Below are positions 34,947-45,678 of a stretch of 50,592 nt of DNA, piece after piece. Where the stretch lies: NCBI GenBank assembly GCA_050733015.1, contig JBOHSB010000316.1, positions 1 to 50,592 of the forward strand, given 5' to 3'. The notes under the pieces are model-generated. The model had not been told where the DNA came from. It made no database searches and saw nothing but the letters and a program-made list of their open reading frames with translations. Within the stretch, counting starts at the first letter, position 1; each line of letters starts with the position of its first letter. This DNA comes from Gemmatimonadales bacterium (GTDB taxonomy: Bacteria; Gemmatimonadota; Gemmatimonadetes; Gemmatimonadales; GWC2-71-9). The position numbers and the translations under genes are program-made.

Positions 34947-35471
34947 GTGATTCAAACTCTGGCGGATGTCGTGCTGGTAGGCGTTCTCTGCGCGGCGGCG
35001 TGGTGGGACATTCGGGATCGTCGGGTACCGAATCAGCTGACCGTGGCGGGACTCGTGGCTGCGCTGTTGCTGCGAGCCCCGCTCGGCGTTGATGCCGTAG
35101 TGACCGGATTGGCCGGGTTTGCCGTGGCCCTCGGAGTGGCGGTGCTGTTCCATGCCTTGGGCGCGGTCGGTGGGGGTGACGCCAAGCTTTTGGGCATGGT
35201 CGGTGCCTTCCTGGGTTTAGGTCCGCTCCCTGGGGCTTTGGCGTATATTGTGCTGCTCGGGGCGGGGATGGCCCTGGTCGCGATGGCGCGCCGGGGCCTC
35301 CTGCTTCTCCTCTTTTTCAACACGGTGGACCTGTTCCGGTCGAAGCGCCTGGTGGCGCGCTCGGGGAGCGTTCGGACCCTCGAGACCCCCGGGGCTCAGA
35401 CCATCCCGTATGCGGTGCCGATCGCGGCCGGGACCCTGATGTGGTGGTTCGGACAAGGAGTGAAGCTATGA
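34947..35471 (+). CDS. cpaA: Prepilin peptidase, A24 family (CpaA/TadV)
   Basis: Catalytic Asp contexts WWDIRDRRVPN and GGGDAKLLG. GTG start. Polytopic. Confidence 0.9.
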   Translation: MIQTLADVVLVGVLCAAAWWDIRDRRVPNQLTVAGLVAALLLRAPLGVDAVVTGLAGFAVALGVAVLFHALGAVGGGDAKLLGMVGAFLGLGPLPGALAYIVLLGAGMALVAMARRGLLLLLFFNTVDLFRSKRLVARSGSVRTLETPGAQTIPYAVPIAAGTLMWWFGQGVKL

Positions 35472-35914
35472 GCCTGATGGTGAGCCATCTCAGAGGGCGG
35501 AAGGGCCAGGCCCTCGCCGAGTTCGCGCTGATCCTGCCCGTGGTCTTCCTGCTGATCGCGGGGATCATCGAGTTCGGGCGAGCGTGGAACATCAAGCAGG
35601 CGGTGACCGACGCGGCCCGCGAGGGGGCGCGATACACGGTCGTCGTGGACACCACGAGCCAGGCCGGCATCAAGCACAGAATCAAGCAGCGTCTGGCGCT
35701 GGCGAGCATCGACACCACCAACCCCCCGACCAACATCACCATCAGCCCGATTGCGTCCCTGCATTGCGCCGGTGGCGTCGGAGCCGGGGCGGACATGACT
35801 GTGAACATCACGACGACATACCGGATGGGCTGGGTGGGGGCGATCCTGCACTGGACCGGCGGAAGTAGCACGATCACGATCTCCTCGAAGGCCACTATGC
35901 GGAACGAGTGCTGA
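35468..35914 (+). CDS. tadE: TadE-like pseudopilin
   Basis: GQALAEFALILPVVFLLIAGIIEFGR N-terminal TadE motif. ATGA overlap with cpaA. Confidence 0.8.
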   Translation: MSLMVSHLRGRKGQALAEFALILPVVFLLIAGIIEFGRAWNIKQAVTDAAREGARYTVVVDTTSQAGIKHRIKQRLALASIDTTNPPTNITISPIASLHCAGGVGAGADMTVNITTTYRMGWVGAILHWTGGSSTITISSKATMRNEC

Positions 35915-35919
35915 CCCCT

Positions 35920-36765
35920 ATGCGAAAACTGCGACCCTGGCTCATGCTCATGCTCGCCCTGGGCTCTGGGGGCCTGGCGGCGTATCTCGCGCTGCGATAC
36001 TTGCGCGAGCAGGCCACGCCGCTCCTGGCGTCGGGGCCCAGGAAGACCTCGATCGTCCTCGCGGCGCGGAGCCTGCCGATCGGCGCCGTCATCACCGACC
36101 AGGACGTGAAGGTCGTCGGGTGGCCAGGTGAAGCGGTGCCGAGCGGGTACATCGGCTCACTCAAGGACGCGATTGGCCGGGGCGTCATCACGCCCGTGTC
36201 GGAGAACGAGCCGCTGCTTGCGTCCAAGGTCTCGACCTTCGACCAGGGCGGTGGCCTTCCCATCATCATCAAGGACGGCATGCGCGCGATGAGCGTCCGG
36301 GTGGACGAAGTGATCGGCGTCGCCGGCTTCGTGCTCCCGGGTACCCATGTGGACGTGCTGCTCTCGCTCGACAAGGGCGATAACCGTCCCCAGTCGATCA
36401 CGCGGACTATACTGCAAAATGTGCAGGTGCTGGCCGCCGGCCAGCAGGTGCAGCGCGACAAGGAAGGGAAGCCCCAGACCGTCACGGTGATCACCCTGCT
36501 GGTGACGCTTGATGACGCCGAGCTTCTGGTGCTGGCGGGCAAGGAAGGCCGGATCCAACTGGCCCTACGGAACGGGCTCGACACGCTCGCCGTGGCCACT
36601 TCGGGGGCTAAGGCCGACCAGCTGGCGCCCGGGGCAGCTCCTGCGCGCGCCCCGCGCAACCCGTCGCCCAATCGGGTGGCTGCACCGGCCCCCCGCGTCA
36701 ACAACACCGTGATTGAAGGCTACCGTGGCGGCGAGCGCACCCTGACGACCTTCCAGAAGCCCTGA
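35920..36765 (+). CDS. cpaB: Flp pilus assembly protein CpaB/RcpC
   Basis: N-terminal anchor LMLMLALGSGGLAAYLAL, a SAF-like segment RSLPIGAVITDQDV and an RcpC-like beta domain. Confidence 0.85.
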   Translation: MRKLRPWLMLMLALGSGGLAAYLALRYLREQATPLLASGPRKTSIVLAARSLPIGAVITDQDVKVVGWPGEAVPSGYIGSLKDAIGRGVITPVSENEPLLASKVSTFDQGGGLPIIIKDGMRAMSVRVDEVIGVAGFVLPGTHVDVLLSLDKGDNRPQSITRTILQNVQVLAAGQQVQRDKEGKPQTVTVITLLVTLDDAELLVLAGKEGRIQLALRNGLDTLAVATSGAKADQLAPGAAPARAPRNPSPNRVAAPAPRVNNTVIEGYRGGERTLTTFQKP

Positions 36766-36784
36766 CCTTATCTCCGGGAGACCT

Positions 36785-38122
36785 GTGAGCATCCATCGCC
36801 GCGGTAGGGTTGTTCTCGTGTCACTTCGGTCCCTCGTCGTCGGATTGGTCGCTCTAGCCTCGGCCCGCAGCGCCGAGGCGCAGCGCGTGGTGCGGGCGCC
36901 CGAGCAGGTGGTGTCGGTCTCGAAGGGCGCCTCCGCGCTGCTGGTCAACCCCACCGCGATCCAGCGGTTCTCGATCGGCGACCCGGCGGTCGCCGAGGCG
37001 GTCGTGGTGTCGCCGACCGAGGTGCTGATCAACGGCAAGACCCTGGGCACGACTAGCCTGTTCCTGTGGGACAACTCGGGGAACATCAAGCTGTACTCCA
37101 TCGAGGTGACCGCAGACGCGGCCGGGCTGCAGCGCTACCTCAAGTCCGTGCTCGAGGGCGAGCAGGTGGACGTGACCGCGAGCGGCAACGTGGTGACGCT
37201 GTCGGGGCAGGTGCGGGACGCCAGCATGGCCAACCAGGCCGTCGAGATCGCCAAGGGCACGGGCGCCACCATCGTGGACAACCTGACCACGCCCGAGGCG
37301 GTGCAGGTTCAGCTCAGGGTCCGGTTCGCTGAAGTGAACAAGACCGCGGCCAAGCAGTTCCGCTCCCAGATCCAGACCCTCAATCCCCACCACTTGGACG
37401 ACAACGGGAATTGGGTGGGTTCCTCCAACACCGGCACCGCCGGTAGCTTCACCGACGGCGTGATCGACGTGGGTCTGTTCAACGCGAACGCCAGTATCGA
37501 GGCCTTGATCCTGGCGCTGCAGTCGAAGGGCGACCTCCGGAGCCTGGCAGAGCCAAACCTGATCACGTTGCCTGGCAAGGAAGCGAGCTTCCTGGCCGGC
37601 GGCGAATTCCCGTACCCGGCTGTGCAGGGCGGCGGGGGCAACAACGCCGTCTCGATCGTGTTCAAGGAGTTCGGCATCCGGCTCAAGTTCACGCCGGTCA
37701 TCACCCGGAACGGGAGCATCCGGCTCAAGGTGATGCCCGAGGTGTCGGCGCTCGACTTCTCGAATCCGCTCATCTTCGGCGGGTTCACGATTCCGAGCCT
37801 GCTCACCCGGCGGGCCGAGACCGAGGTCGAGATGAAGGACGGGCAGTACCTGGCGATCGCCGGCCTGATGAACAACACGCTGTCGGACAACATGACCAAG
37901 ATCCCGGTGCTCGGGGACATCCCTATCCTGGGTCAGTTCTTCCGTTCGAAAGACGCGCGCCAGAACCGCACGGAGCTGATGGTCCTGGTGGCGCCCAAGC
38001 TCATTCTGCCCAGCGATAGCCCGGCCCCGCTGCCGACCGGCGAGCCGACGGACTGGCGTTGGAGTGGCTCCATGAAGATGAAGGCTACGAGAGGAGACAC
38101 CGCGTCGGCGAAGGCAAAGTGA
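36785..38122 (+). CDS. cpaC: Outer-membrane secretin CpaC/RcpA
   Basis: Signal peptide. Secretin core LAEPNLITLPGKEASFLAGGEFPYP and IPVLGDIPILGQFFRS. GTG start after gggaga. Confidence 0.9.
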   Translation: MSIHRRGRVVLVSLRSLVVGLVALASARSAEAQRVVRAPEQVVSVSKGASALLVNPTAIQRFSIGDPAVAEAVVVSPTEVLINGKTLGTTSLFLWDNSGNIKLYSIEVTADAAGLQRYLKSVLEGEQVDVTASGNVVTLSGQVRDASMANQAVEIAKGTGATIVDNLTTPEAVQVQLRVRFAEVNKTAAKQFRSQIQTLNPHHLDDNGNWVGSSNTGTAGSFTDGVIDVGLFNANASIEALILALQSKGDLRSLAEPNLITLPGKEASFLAGGEFPYPAVQGGGGNNAVSIVFKEFGIRLKFTPVITRNGSIRLKVMPEVSALDFSNPLIFGGFTIPSLLTRRAETEVEMKDGQYLAIAGLMNNTLSDNMTKIPVLGDIPILGQFFRSKDARQNRTELMVLVAPKLILPSDSPAPLPTGEPTDWRWSGSMKMKATRGDTASAKAK

Positions 38123-38162
38123 CAGCTTGAAGTACCACTAGCATGCGGATCGGGGGAGACGT

Positions 38163-39392
38163 ATGCGTTTGCGGTGGCCACGGAACGAGCGGGGAGTTAC
38201 GCTCGTCCTCATGGTACTCGTCATGGCGCTCATTCTGGGCATGGCGGCGTTGACGATCGATTATGGCATGGTGAAGAGCGAGAAGGCGGAAGGACAGCGG
38301 GCGGTGGACGCGGCGGCGCTCGCGGGCGCGAGCTCGCTGATCGTGTCCGACCCGCTGTACGACAAGGCCAAGGGGGCGCGGGACACCGGTGGGAAATACG
38401 CGCAGCTCCACACGGTCGGGCTCAAGCCGGTGATTGCCGGCGAGGTCACGATCGTGCCGGACCTGGCGGCGAACACAGTCAAGGTGACCTGGCAGCGAGC
38501 CGGCATCCACACCTGGTTCGCCAACTCGTTCGGCGTCAACTCGATCGGACTTCAGGTGACGGCGACGGCCCACGTCGACGAGACCAACACCGCGACCTGT
38601 GTCAAGCCGGTGGCGGTGCCCGACATGTGGAACAACAGGCCCCACATCGTAAAGGGCAAGGAGACCGAGGACGTGAACGGCAATCACGCCCTCGACTACA
38701 ACGATAAGAACGGGAACAACCAGTGGAACGAGGGTGAGACCGAGCAGTGGACCTTCGATGCGGGCCTGGGCGATACCTACGCCCCGACGACGGATGGGTA
38801 CGGCACGACGGCCCGCGATCCGTACGGCAGCGGCAACGCGCACAAGGTCAAGGACTACGGCCGGCAGATCTTCCTGATGTCGCTGAGCTCGAAGGACGGC
38901 CCGGTTTCCTCGTTCTACTATGCTTGGGGCAAGACCAAGAGCGACAACAGCGCCAGCAAGCTGGCGGCGCGGATTACCAGTACGAGCTGTGAGACCGCCG
39001 AGCTCAACCACAACTACGAGGCTCTGAACGGCGGCAACACCGGTCCGGTGGACGACGCCTGGAACACGGTCATCAGCCGGGACGGCAGCGCTTACTGGAA
39101 CGACGCCACGAACAGCGTGGTGGGCTCCAACGCCGGGGCCAACTGGCTGAACAGCAGCGGCCGTGTCATTATCGTAGGGCTGTACAACCCGTCCCAGTAC
39201 GGCGGGTGCCCGAGTTGTAACACGATTCAGCTCAACAATCTGGCGAAGGTCTTCGTGGACAACCGCGCGTGCTCGGGGCACGGCAGTTGTAAGGAGCCGG
39301 TAACCGGCCGGTTCCTGGGATTCGTGAGCGGGGGCGGCTCGAGCGGTACGCCTTCGGGATCTCTGGTCAAGCGGATCGAGCTCATCAAGTAG
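38163..39392 (+). CDS. TadG-like pilus-associated protein, paralog 1
   Basis: N-terminal ERGVTLVLMVLVMALILGMAALTIDYG...QRAVDAAALAGAS (Tad/TadG N-terminal motif). Its C-terminus is shared with paralog 2. Confidence 0.7.
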   Translation: MRLRWPRNERGVTLVLMVLVMALILGMAALTIDYGMVKSEKAEGQRAVDAAALAGASSLIVSDPLYDKAKGARDTGGKYAQLHTVGLKPVIAGEVTIVPDLAANTVKVTWQRAGIHTWFANSFGVNSIGLQVTATAHVDETNTATCVKPVAVPDMWNNRPHIVKGKETEDVNGNHALDYNDKNGNNQWNEGETEQWTFDAGLGDTYAPTTDGYGTTARDPYGSGNAHKVKDYGRQIFLMSLSSKDGPVSSFYYAWGKTKSDNSASKLAARITSTSCETAELNHNYEALNGGNTGPVDDAWNTVISRDGSAYWNDATNSVVGSNAGANWLNSSGRVIIVGLYNPSQYGGCPSCNTIQLNNLAKVFVDNRACSGHGSCKEPVTGRFLGFVSGGGSSGTPSGSLVKRIELIK

Positions 39393-39439
39393 GCTTCTCG
39401 GTTCTGAGGGCTGCCACCTGGCGGCAGCAGGAGCTAGAA

Positions 39440-40630
39440 ATGCGGAAGACACTGCTGTGGGACAACGAGCGCGGTGCCACGCTGGTCTTAATGGCGATCA
39501 CGATCGTCCTCACGCTTTCGATGGCGGCGGTCGCGATCGACTACGGCAGGATGAAGTCGGCCCGAGCCGAGGCGCAGCGGGCGACCGATGCCGCCGCCTT
39601 GGCCGGCGCGAGCGCCTACCAGGAGGCCGGAACGCCCGCCGCGCAAAACACTGCGGCGGTGGCGCGGGTCCAGGCCTGGATCGTGAAGAATTCCGTCGCC
39701 GGCAAGCAGATCCTGATCGGACAGCTCGATTCGGTCAAACCCGACGCCGTGAAGCAGCGGGTGGACGTCTGGTTCACCAGCGCCCCGGTCAAGACCTGGT
39801 TTGCGAACACCTTCGGAACTACGAGCATGGCCCTCAAGTCGCATTCGGCGGCGGTCGCCGCGATCGGCGGGGTGATCACCAATTGCCTCAAGCCGTTCCT
39901 GCTTCCCGATATGTGGCAGGAAACCAGCGTCGGCGCGGGTCATCAAGACGCCAACTCGAATCGCATGATTGACGGCCCCGCCAACAACCCCGAGATATGG
40001 AACTATGAGCCGGGTGGGGCAGGCACCGATCGTTATCTCAAATACGACCCCAACGTGACCGACAACCCGCTCAATCCCCAGACGGGCTACGGCAGCAAGT
40101 ACAGAAACTCCGCGCTTTACCCCGATGACAAGGGTTTGCCCATGCTGATGAAGCCGATGCTCGGGAGCAACGAGAGCCGGCATGGCAACTGGTACTACCT
40201 GCTGGACGGTCCCCAGAAGAACGTGCGCTCGGACATCGAGAGCGGCTGCATCAACGCGTCGGTGGGTGAAACGCCCACCTTTGCCCCGGGTGGCAAGACC
40301 GGCCAGGTACGGAAAGGGGTACAGACCCTCTACGACCAGGATCCGACCGCCTTGTGGGACCAGACAAACCACAAGGTCGTCTCGTCCTACGGCGAGGCCA
40401 GCCCGCGGGTCATCATCGTCGGACTGTTCGATCCGTGGTACATCAAGGGCACGGCCAAGAATGACAAGCCGGACGCGGGCATGACGTTCACCAATTTCGC
40501 GAAGGTCTTCATCGATACCCGTCCGAATGGAAACGACGACATCAGCGTCAAGTTCGTCGGGTTCGTGCCAGGTGGCAACAACGGGGGGACGAGTGGTACC
40601 CTGCTCAAGGTCCTCCGGCTGGTCGAGTAG
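39440..40630 (+). CDS. TadG-like pilus-associated protein, paralog 2
   Basis: ERGATLVLMAITIVLTLSMAAVAIDYG...QRATDAAALAGAS. Shared motifs TWFAN.FG, C.KP...PDMW, RVIIVGL, FAKVF.D and GFV.GG. Confidence 0.7.
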   Translation: MRKTLLWDNERGATLVLMAITIVLTLSMAAVAIDYGRMKSARAEAQRATDAAALAGASAYQEAGTPAAQNTAAVARVQAWIVKNSVAGKQILIGQLDSVKPDAVKQRVDVWFTSAPVKTWFANTFGTTSMALKSHSAAVAAIGGVITNCLKPFLLPDMWQETSVGAGHQDANSNRMIDGPANNPEIWNYEPGGAGTDRYLKYDPNVTDNPLNPQTGYGSKYRNSALYPDDKGLPMLMKPMLGSNESRHGNWYYLLDGPQKNVRSDIESGCINASVGETPTFAPGGKTGQVRKGVQTLYDQDPTALWDQTNHKVVSSYGEASPRVIIVGLFDPWYIKGTAKNDKPDAGMTFTNFAKVFIDTRPNGNDDISVKFVGFVPGGNNGGTSGTLLKVLRLVE

Positions 40631-40670
40631 GAATGCATAGGAACCTAACAGCACTGAAGGATCGGGCGTC

Positions 40671-41924
40671 GTGAGCACGGCCGGAGCTCCGCGCGCCGCC
40701 CTGGTCAGCACGGATTCCCAGTTCCGCGAGCTGACCCGCCAGGTGCTAAGTGGGCCCGACCGCGCGTTGGCGGTCGAGCTCGACGTGGCCGTGCCATTCG
40801 ACGCGATGGGCGAGCATCAGTTGCAGGCCATCCGGTCCCAGGCGCCGGAAGTGATTCTGCTCGACTTGGAAGACGCGCCTGGCCTGGCGATCAAGTTCGC
40901 CCAGTTCCTGATCGACCAGAACCCGTCCCTGCTGTTCATCGCTGTTGGGCCGACCCTGACCAGTGATCAGCTCCTGGCGGCCATGCGGGCGGGCGTCACC
41001 GAGTATCTGCCCAAGCCGGTCGATCCGGACGATCTCAAGGGCGCCGCCTTTCGGGCCGCGCAGAAGCTCCGGAAGCCTTCCGGCGACCAGCAACGCGCGT
41101 CGGGAAAGATTCTGGCGTTCTTCAGCCCGAAAGGCGGTGGAGGCTCCACCACGCTCGCCACCAACCTGGCCATCGTGGTCCACCGCACGACGCACAAGCG
41201 GACGCTGCTGGTGGACCTCGATCTCGAAATGGGGGAGAGCGCCCTCGTGCTGGGGGTCCAGCCGAGGTTCAACTTCGTGGACTTCGTCGAGAATTTCCGC
41301 CGGATGGACGCCGGGCTGCTAGCCTCGTACATCGAGCGGCACGAATCGGGCGTGCACCTGCTCTCGGCCCCGTTCCAGCCCGAGAAGGCCGAGGCGGTCA
41401 CGGCGGACCAGATCCGGCGCATCCTGGCGTTCCTGCGCCAGCACTACGACTACATCATCGTGGACACCCCGCGCTCGTTCGCCCCGCCAATCCTGGCGGT
41501 GTTCGAGTCGGCGGACCAGGTGTACATCGTGAGCACGGTGGACCTCCCGTCGCTCCGGAACATCCAGCGGGGCTTCCCCCTGCTCAAGCGGGTGCTCACA
41601 GGTCCGCCGGACCAGGTGCGGCTGGTGCTCAACCGCTACGACCCGAGCGATTCGATCTCGCCGTCGGACGTCGAGCGCAGCCTAGGCCTCAAGGTGTTCT
41701 GGAAGGTGAGCAACGACTACGAGGCGGTGATGGGCTCGGTCAACTCGGGCAAGCCCATCGTGCTCAACGGTGGAAAGTCGAGCTACACCAACGACGTGAA
41801 GGGGCTCGCGACGGCGGTCACCGGGGTGAGCTCGAGTGCCAAGTCGCGGGGCCCGCTGGGACGGCTGTCCGATTCGGTGCGCGGAGCCCTGAAACGCAAC
41901 GGCAAGAAGTCGGAAGGAGCTTAA
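40671..41924 (+). CDS. cpaE: CpaE/TadZ: receiver-like N-terminal domain plus ParA/MinD-type ATPase
   Basis: Deviant Walker A FFSPKGGGGSTTLATNLA. GTG start. Confidence 0.85.
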   Translation: MSTAGAPRAALVSTDSQFRELTRQVLSGPDRALAVELDVAVPFDAMGEHQLQAIRSQAPEVILLDLEDAPGLAIKFAQFLIDQNPSLLFIAVGPTLTSDQLLAAMRAGVTEYLPKPVDPDDLKGAAFRAAQKLRKPSGDQQRASGKILAFFSPKGGGGSTTLATNLAIVVHRTTHKRTLLVDLDLEMGESALVLGVQPRFNFVDFVENFRRMDAGLLASYIERHESGVHLLSAPFQPEKAEAVTADQIRRILAFLRQHYDYIIVDTPRSFAPPILAVFESADQVYIVSTVDLPSLRNIQRGFPLLKRVLTGPPDQVRLVLNRYDPSDSISPSDVERSLGLKVFWKVSNDYEAVMGSVNSGKPIVLNGGKSSYTNDVKGLATAVTGVSSSAKSRGPLGRLSDSVRGALKRNGKKSEGA

Positions 41925-41927
41925 GGC

Positions 41928-43351
<1,424 letters not shown>

Positions 43352-43358
<7 letters not shown>

Positions 43359-44338
43359 GCATCCCGATGAGCCTGCTGCTGCCGGCGGCGGTCGCCTTCC
43401 TGGCGGTCGCGCTGGGGACGGTGTCGCTGGTCCTGATCATCGAGTGGATAGGGGAGCAGGGTCGCAAGCGCCGCATGGTGGGTGAGCTCCGCTCGATCGC
43501 CAACGAGGGGTTCGAGAGGGGTCCGGGTGGCCAGCTTTTGCGGTCGGCGATCCTCGAATCGCCCTGGCTCCGGCCCATCGCGGCCCGCATGCCGGCCCTG
43601 CAGGATGCCGAGCTGCTGCTTCAGCAGGCCCAGGTATCATGGAGCTTGCCGACCCTGCTGCTCATGTCGGTGGGCCTGGCCGTGGCGGCGGGGATCGCAG
43701 CCATAACGGCGACACGATCGTTCCTCGTCGCGCTGCCCGTCACCGTGATCGCCGCCACGATTCCGACGCTCTACGTTCGCTGGCGCCGAAATCGTCGTCT
43801 GAGCCAATTCGAGGAGATCCTGCCAGAGTCGATCGATCTCGTGGGCCGGGCGCTCCGCGCCGGACATCCCCTTTCGTCCGGCTTCAAGATGGCGGCTGAC
43901 GACGGGCCTGAGCCCGTAGCCAGCGAGTTTCGGCGCGTGTTCGAGGAGCAGCGCTTCGGCCTCCCGCTCCAGGACTCCCTGCTCGGCATGGCCGACCGGA
44001 TCAACCTGGTGGACGTGCGCATTCTGGTGACCGCCATCCTGATCCAGCGCGAGGTGGGCGGCAACCTGGCCGAGATCCTCGACAACCTCTCGGCGGTGAT
44101 CCGGGCGCGGTTCACCATCCGGCGCCAGATCAAGGTGTACACCGCGCAGGGCCGGATGACCGGCTACCTGCTGGCCCTGCTCCCGTTCATGCTGTTCGGC
44201 CTACTCTACACGATCAACCCGGAGTACATGTCGGTGCTGTTCACGGACCCGATCGGCAAAGTGCTGGTCGGGATCGCGCTCGTGATGCAGCTCGCCGGCT
44301 TCTTCTGGATCCGGAAGATCGTCAACATCGAGATCTGA
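43352..44338 (+). CDS. tadB: TadB (T2SS-F family platform protein)
   Basis: ATG at 43352 overlaps the cpaF stop by 7 nt. The layout is an N-terminal TM, a cytoplasmic domain and C-terminal TMs. The track ORF from 42896 is an out-of-context extension. Confidence 0.85.
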
Positions 44339-44345
44339 GGGTCCC

Positions 44346-45266
44346 ATGCTGCTGATCATCGCCCTCCTGACCGGCCTCGCGGTCATCTCGCTGACGATGC
44401 TGCTGTTACAGAGCAACGCCAACAATGCCACGCTGACGCAGCTCGACGAGCTGGCCAACATCGGGGGCGGACAGGACACCCTCACCCGTCGCCGGCGCCA
44501 GCAGCGGCTCGACCGGATGAAGTCGGTGCTGCAGGCGTTCGGCGAGCGGGTCGAGAGCGGGCGCAAAGACAACAGTGAGGTGCGCCAGTTCCTGCTGCAA
44601 GCCGGTTACGTGGACCCGAATGCGGTTTCCATCTACTGGGCCGCCCGCGTGATCCTTGCCATGGGGCTGGTGGCCGCCTCGGTGTTCATCCTGCCACTCG
44701 TCGGCCTGACCACGACGCAGGTGTTGATGGCGATCGTCTGGATGGGCGGCCTCGGGTGGGTCGGACCGGTGTTCTACGTCCGGAGCAGGCTCAAGGCGCG
44801 GCAGAAGGAGCTGCAGAAGGCCATGCCCGACATGCTCGACATGCTGGTGGTGTGCGTCGAGGCCGGCCTCGGGCTCAACCAGGCCCTCGTGCGAGTCGCC
44901 GACGAGATCGACCACGTCAGCCTGGTCATGAGCGAGCAGCTGGCGCTGGTGAACCTGGAGATGCGGGCCGGTACGCCGCGGGACGAGGCGCTCAAGAACC
45001 TGGCCGATCGGACCGGCCTGACGGACATGAAGTCGCTGGTCAGCATGCTGGTCCAGACCGACCGGTTCGGCACCTCGGTGGCCGACGCGCTCCGGGTCCA
45101 CTCGGACACGATGCGGACCAAGCGGCGCCAGCGGGCCGAGGAAGCCGCCGCCAAGACCACGATCAAGCTGGTGTTCCCGCTGGTGCTGTTCGTGTTCCCG
45201 GCCATGTTCGTCGTGGTGCTGGGGCCGTCGGTCATCGCGATCTACCGGATGTTCACGCACCTCTGA
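44346..45266 (+). CDS. tadC: TadC (T2SS-F family platform protein)
   Basis: Same architecture as tadB. MLDMLVVCVEAGLGLNQAL motif. Confidence 0.85.
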   Translation: MLLIIALLTGLAVISLTMLLLQSNANNATLTQLDELANIGGGQDTLTRRRRQQRLDRMKSVLQAFGERVESGRKDNSEVRQFLLQAGYVDPNAVSIYWAARVILAMGLVAASVFILPLVGLTTTQVLMAIVWMGGLGWVGPVFYVRSRLKARQKELQKAMPDMLDMLVVCVEAGLGLNQALVRVADEIDHVSLVMSEQLALVNLEMRAGTPRDEALKNLADRTGLTDMKSLVSMLVQTDRFGTSVADALRVHSDTMRTKRRQRAEEAAAKTTIKLVFPLVLFVFPAMFVVVLGPSVIAIYRMFTHL

Positions 45267-45273
45267 CCCGCGA

Positions 45274-45678
45274 GTGAAGCGGCTCAGGGTCGTGAACGCG
45301 GCCCGCGGCGCGGTGCTGGGAACGCAGGTCGCGCTGGCGGACCGCTGGCTGGCCCGGCTCCGCGGCCTGCTCGGCCGGCCCGAGCCGGCACCCGGTGAAG
45401 GCCTGCTGCTCGCGCCCTGCGGCTCGGTGCACATGCTGGGGATGCGCTACCCGATCGACGTGGCCCTGCTCGACGGCGAGCGGCGGGTCCTGTCGGTCCA
45501 CCCCGGCCTCAGGCCCGGATGGCACATGGCCGCGGCCCGCGGCGCCCGCTACGCGATGGAGCTACCCGCCGGCACCCTGGCCACCACTGGCACGGTCCCG
45601 GGCGACCTACTCGATTGGCAGGAGACGAGCGCCGGCCCCGACGGCCGGCGCGGCTCTCATCAGGAGGCAGTGTCATGA
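45274..45678 (+). CDS. DUF192 domain protein
   Basis: RLRGLLGR...GEGLLLAPCGSVHMLGMRYPIDVALLD pattern typical of DUF192/COG1430. GTG start 7 nt after the tadC stop. No signal peptide. Confidence 0.75.
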   Translation: MKRLRVVNAARGAVLGTQVALADRWLARLRGLLGRPEPAPGEGLLLAPCGSVHMLGMRYPIDVALLDGERRVLSVHPGLRPGWHMAAARGARYAMELPAGTLATTGTVPGDLLDWQETSAGPDGRRGSHQEAVS

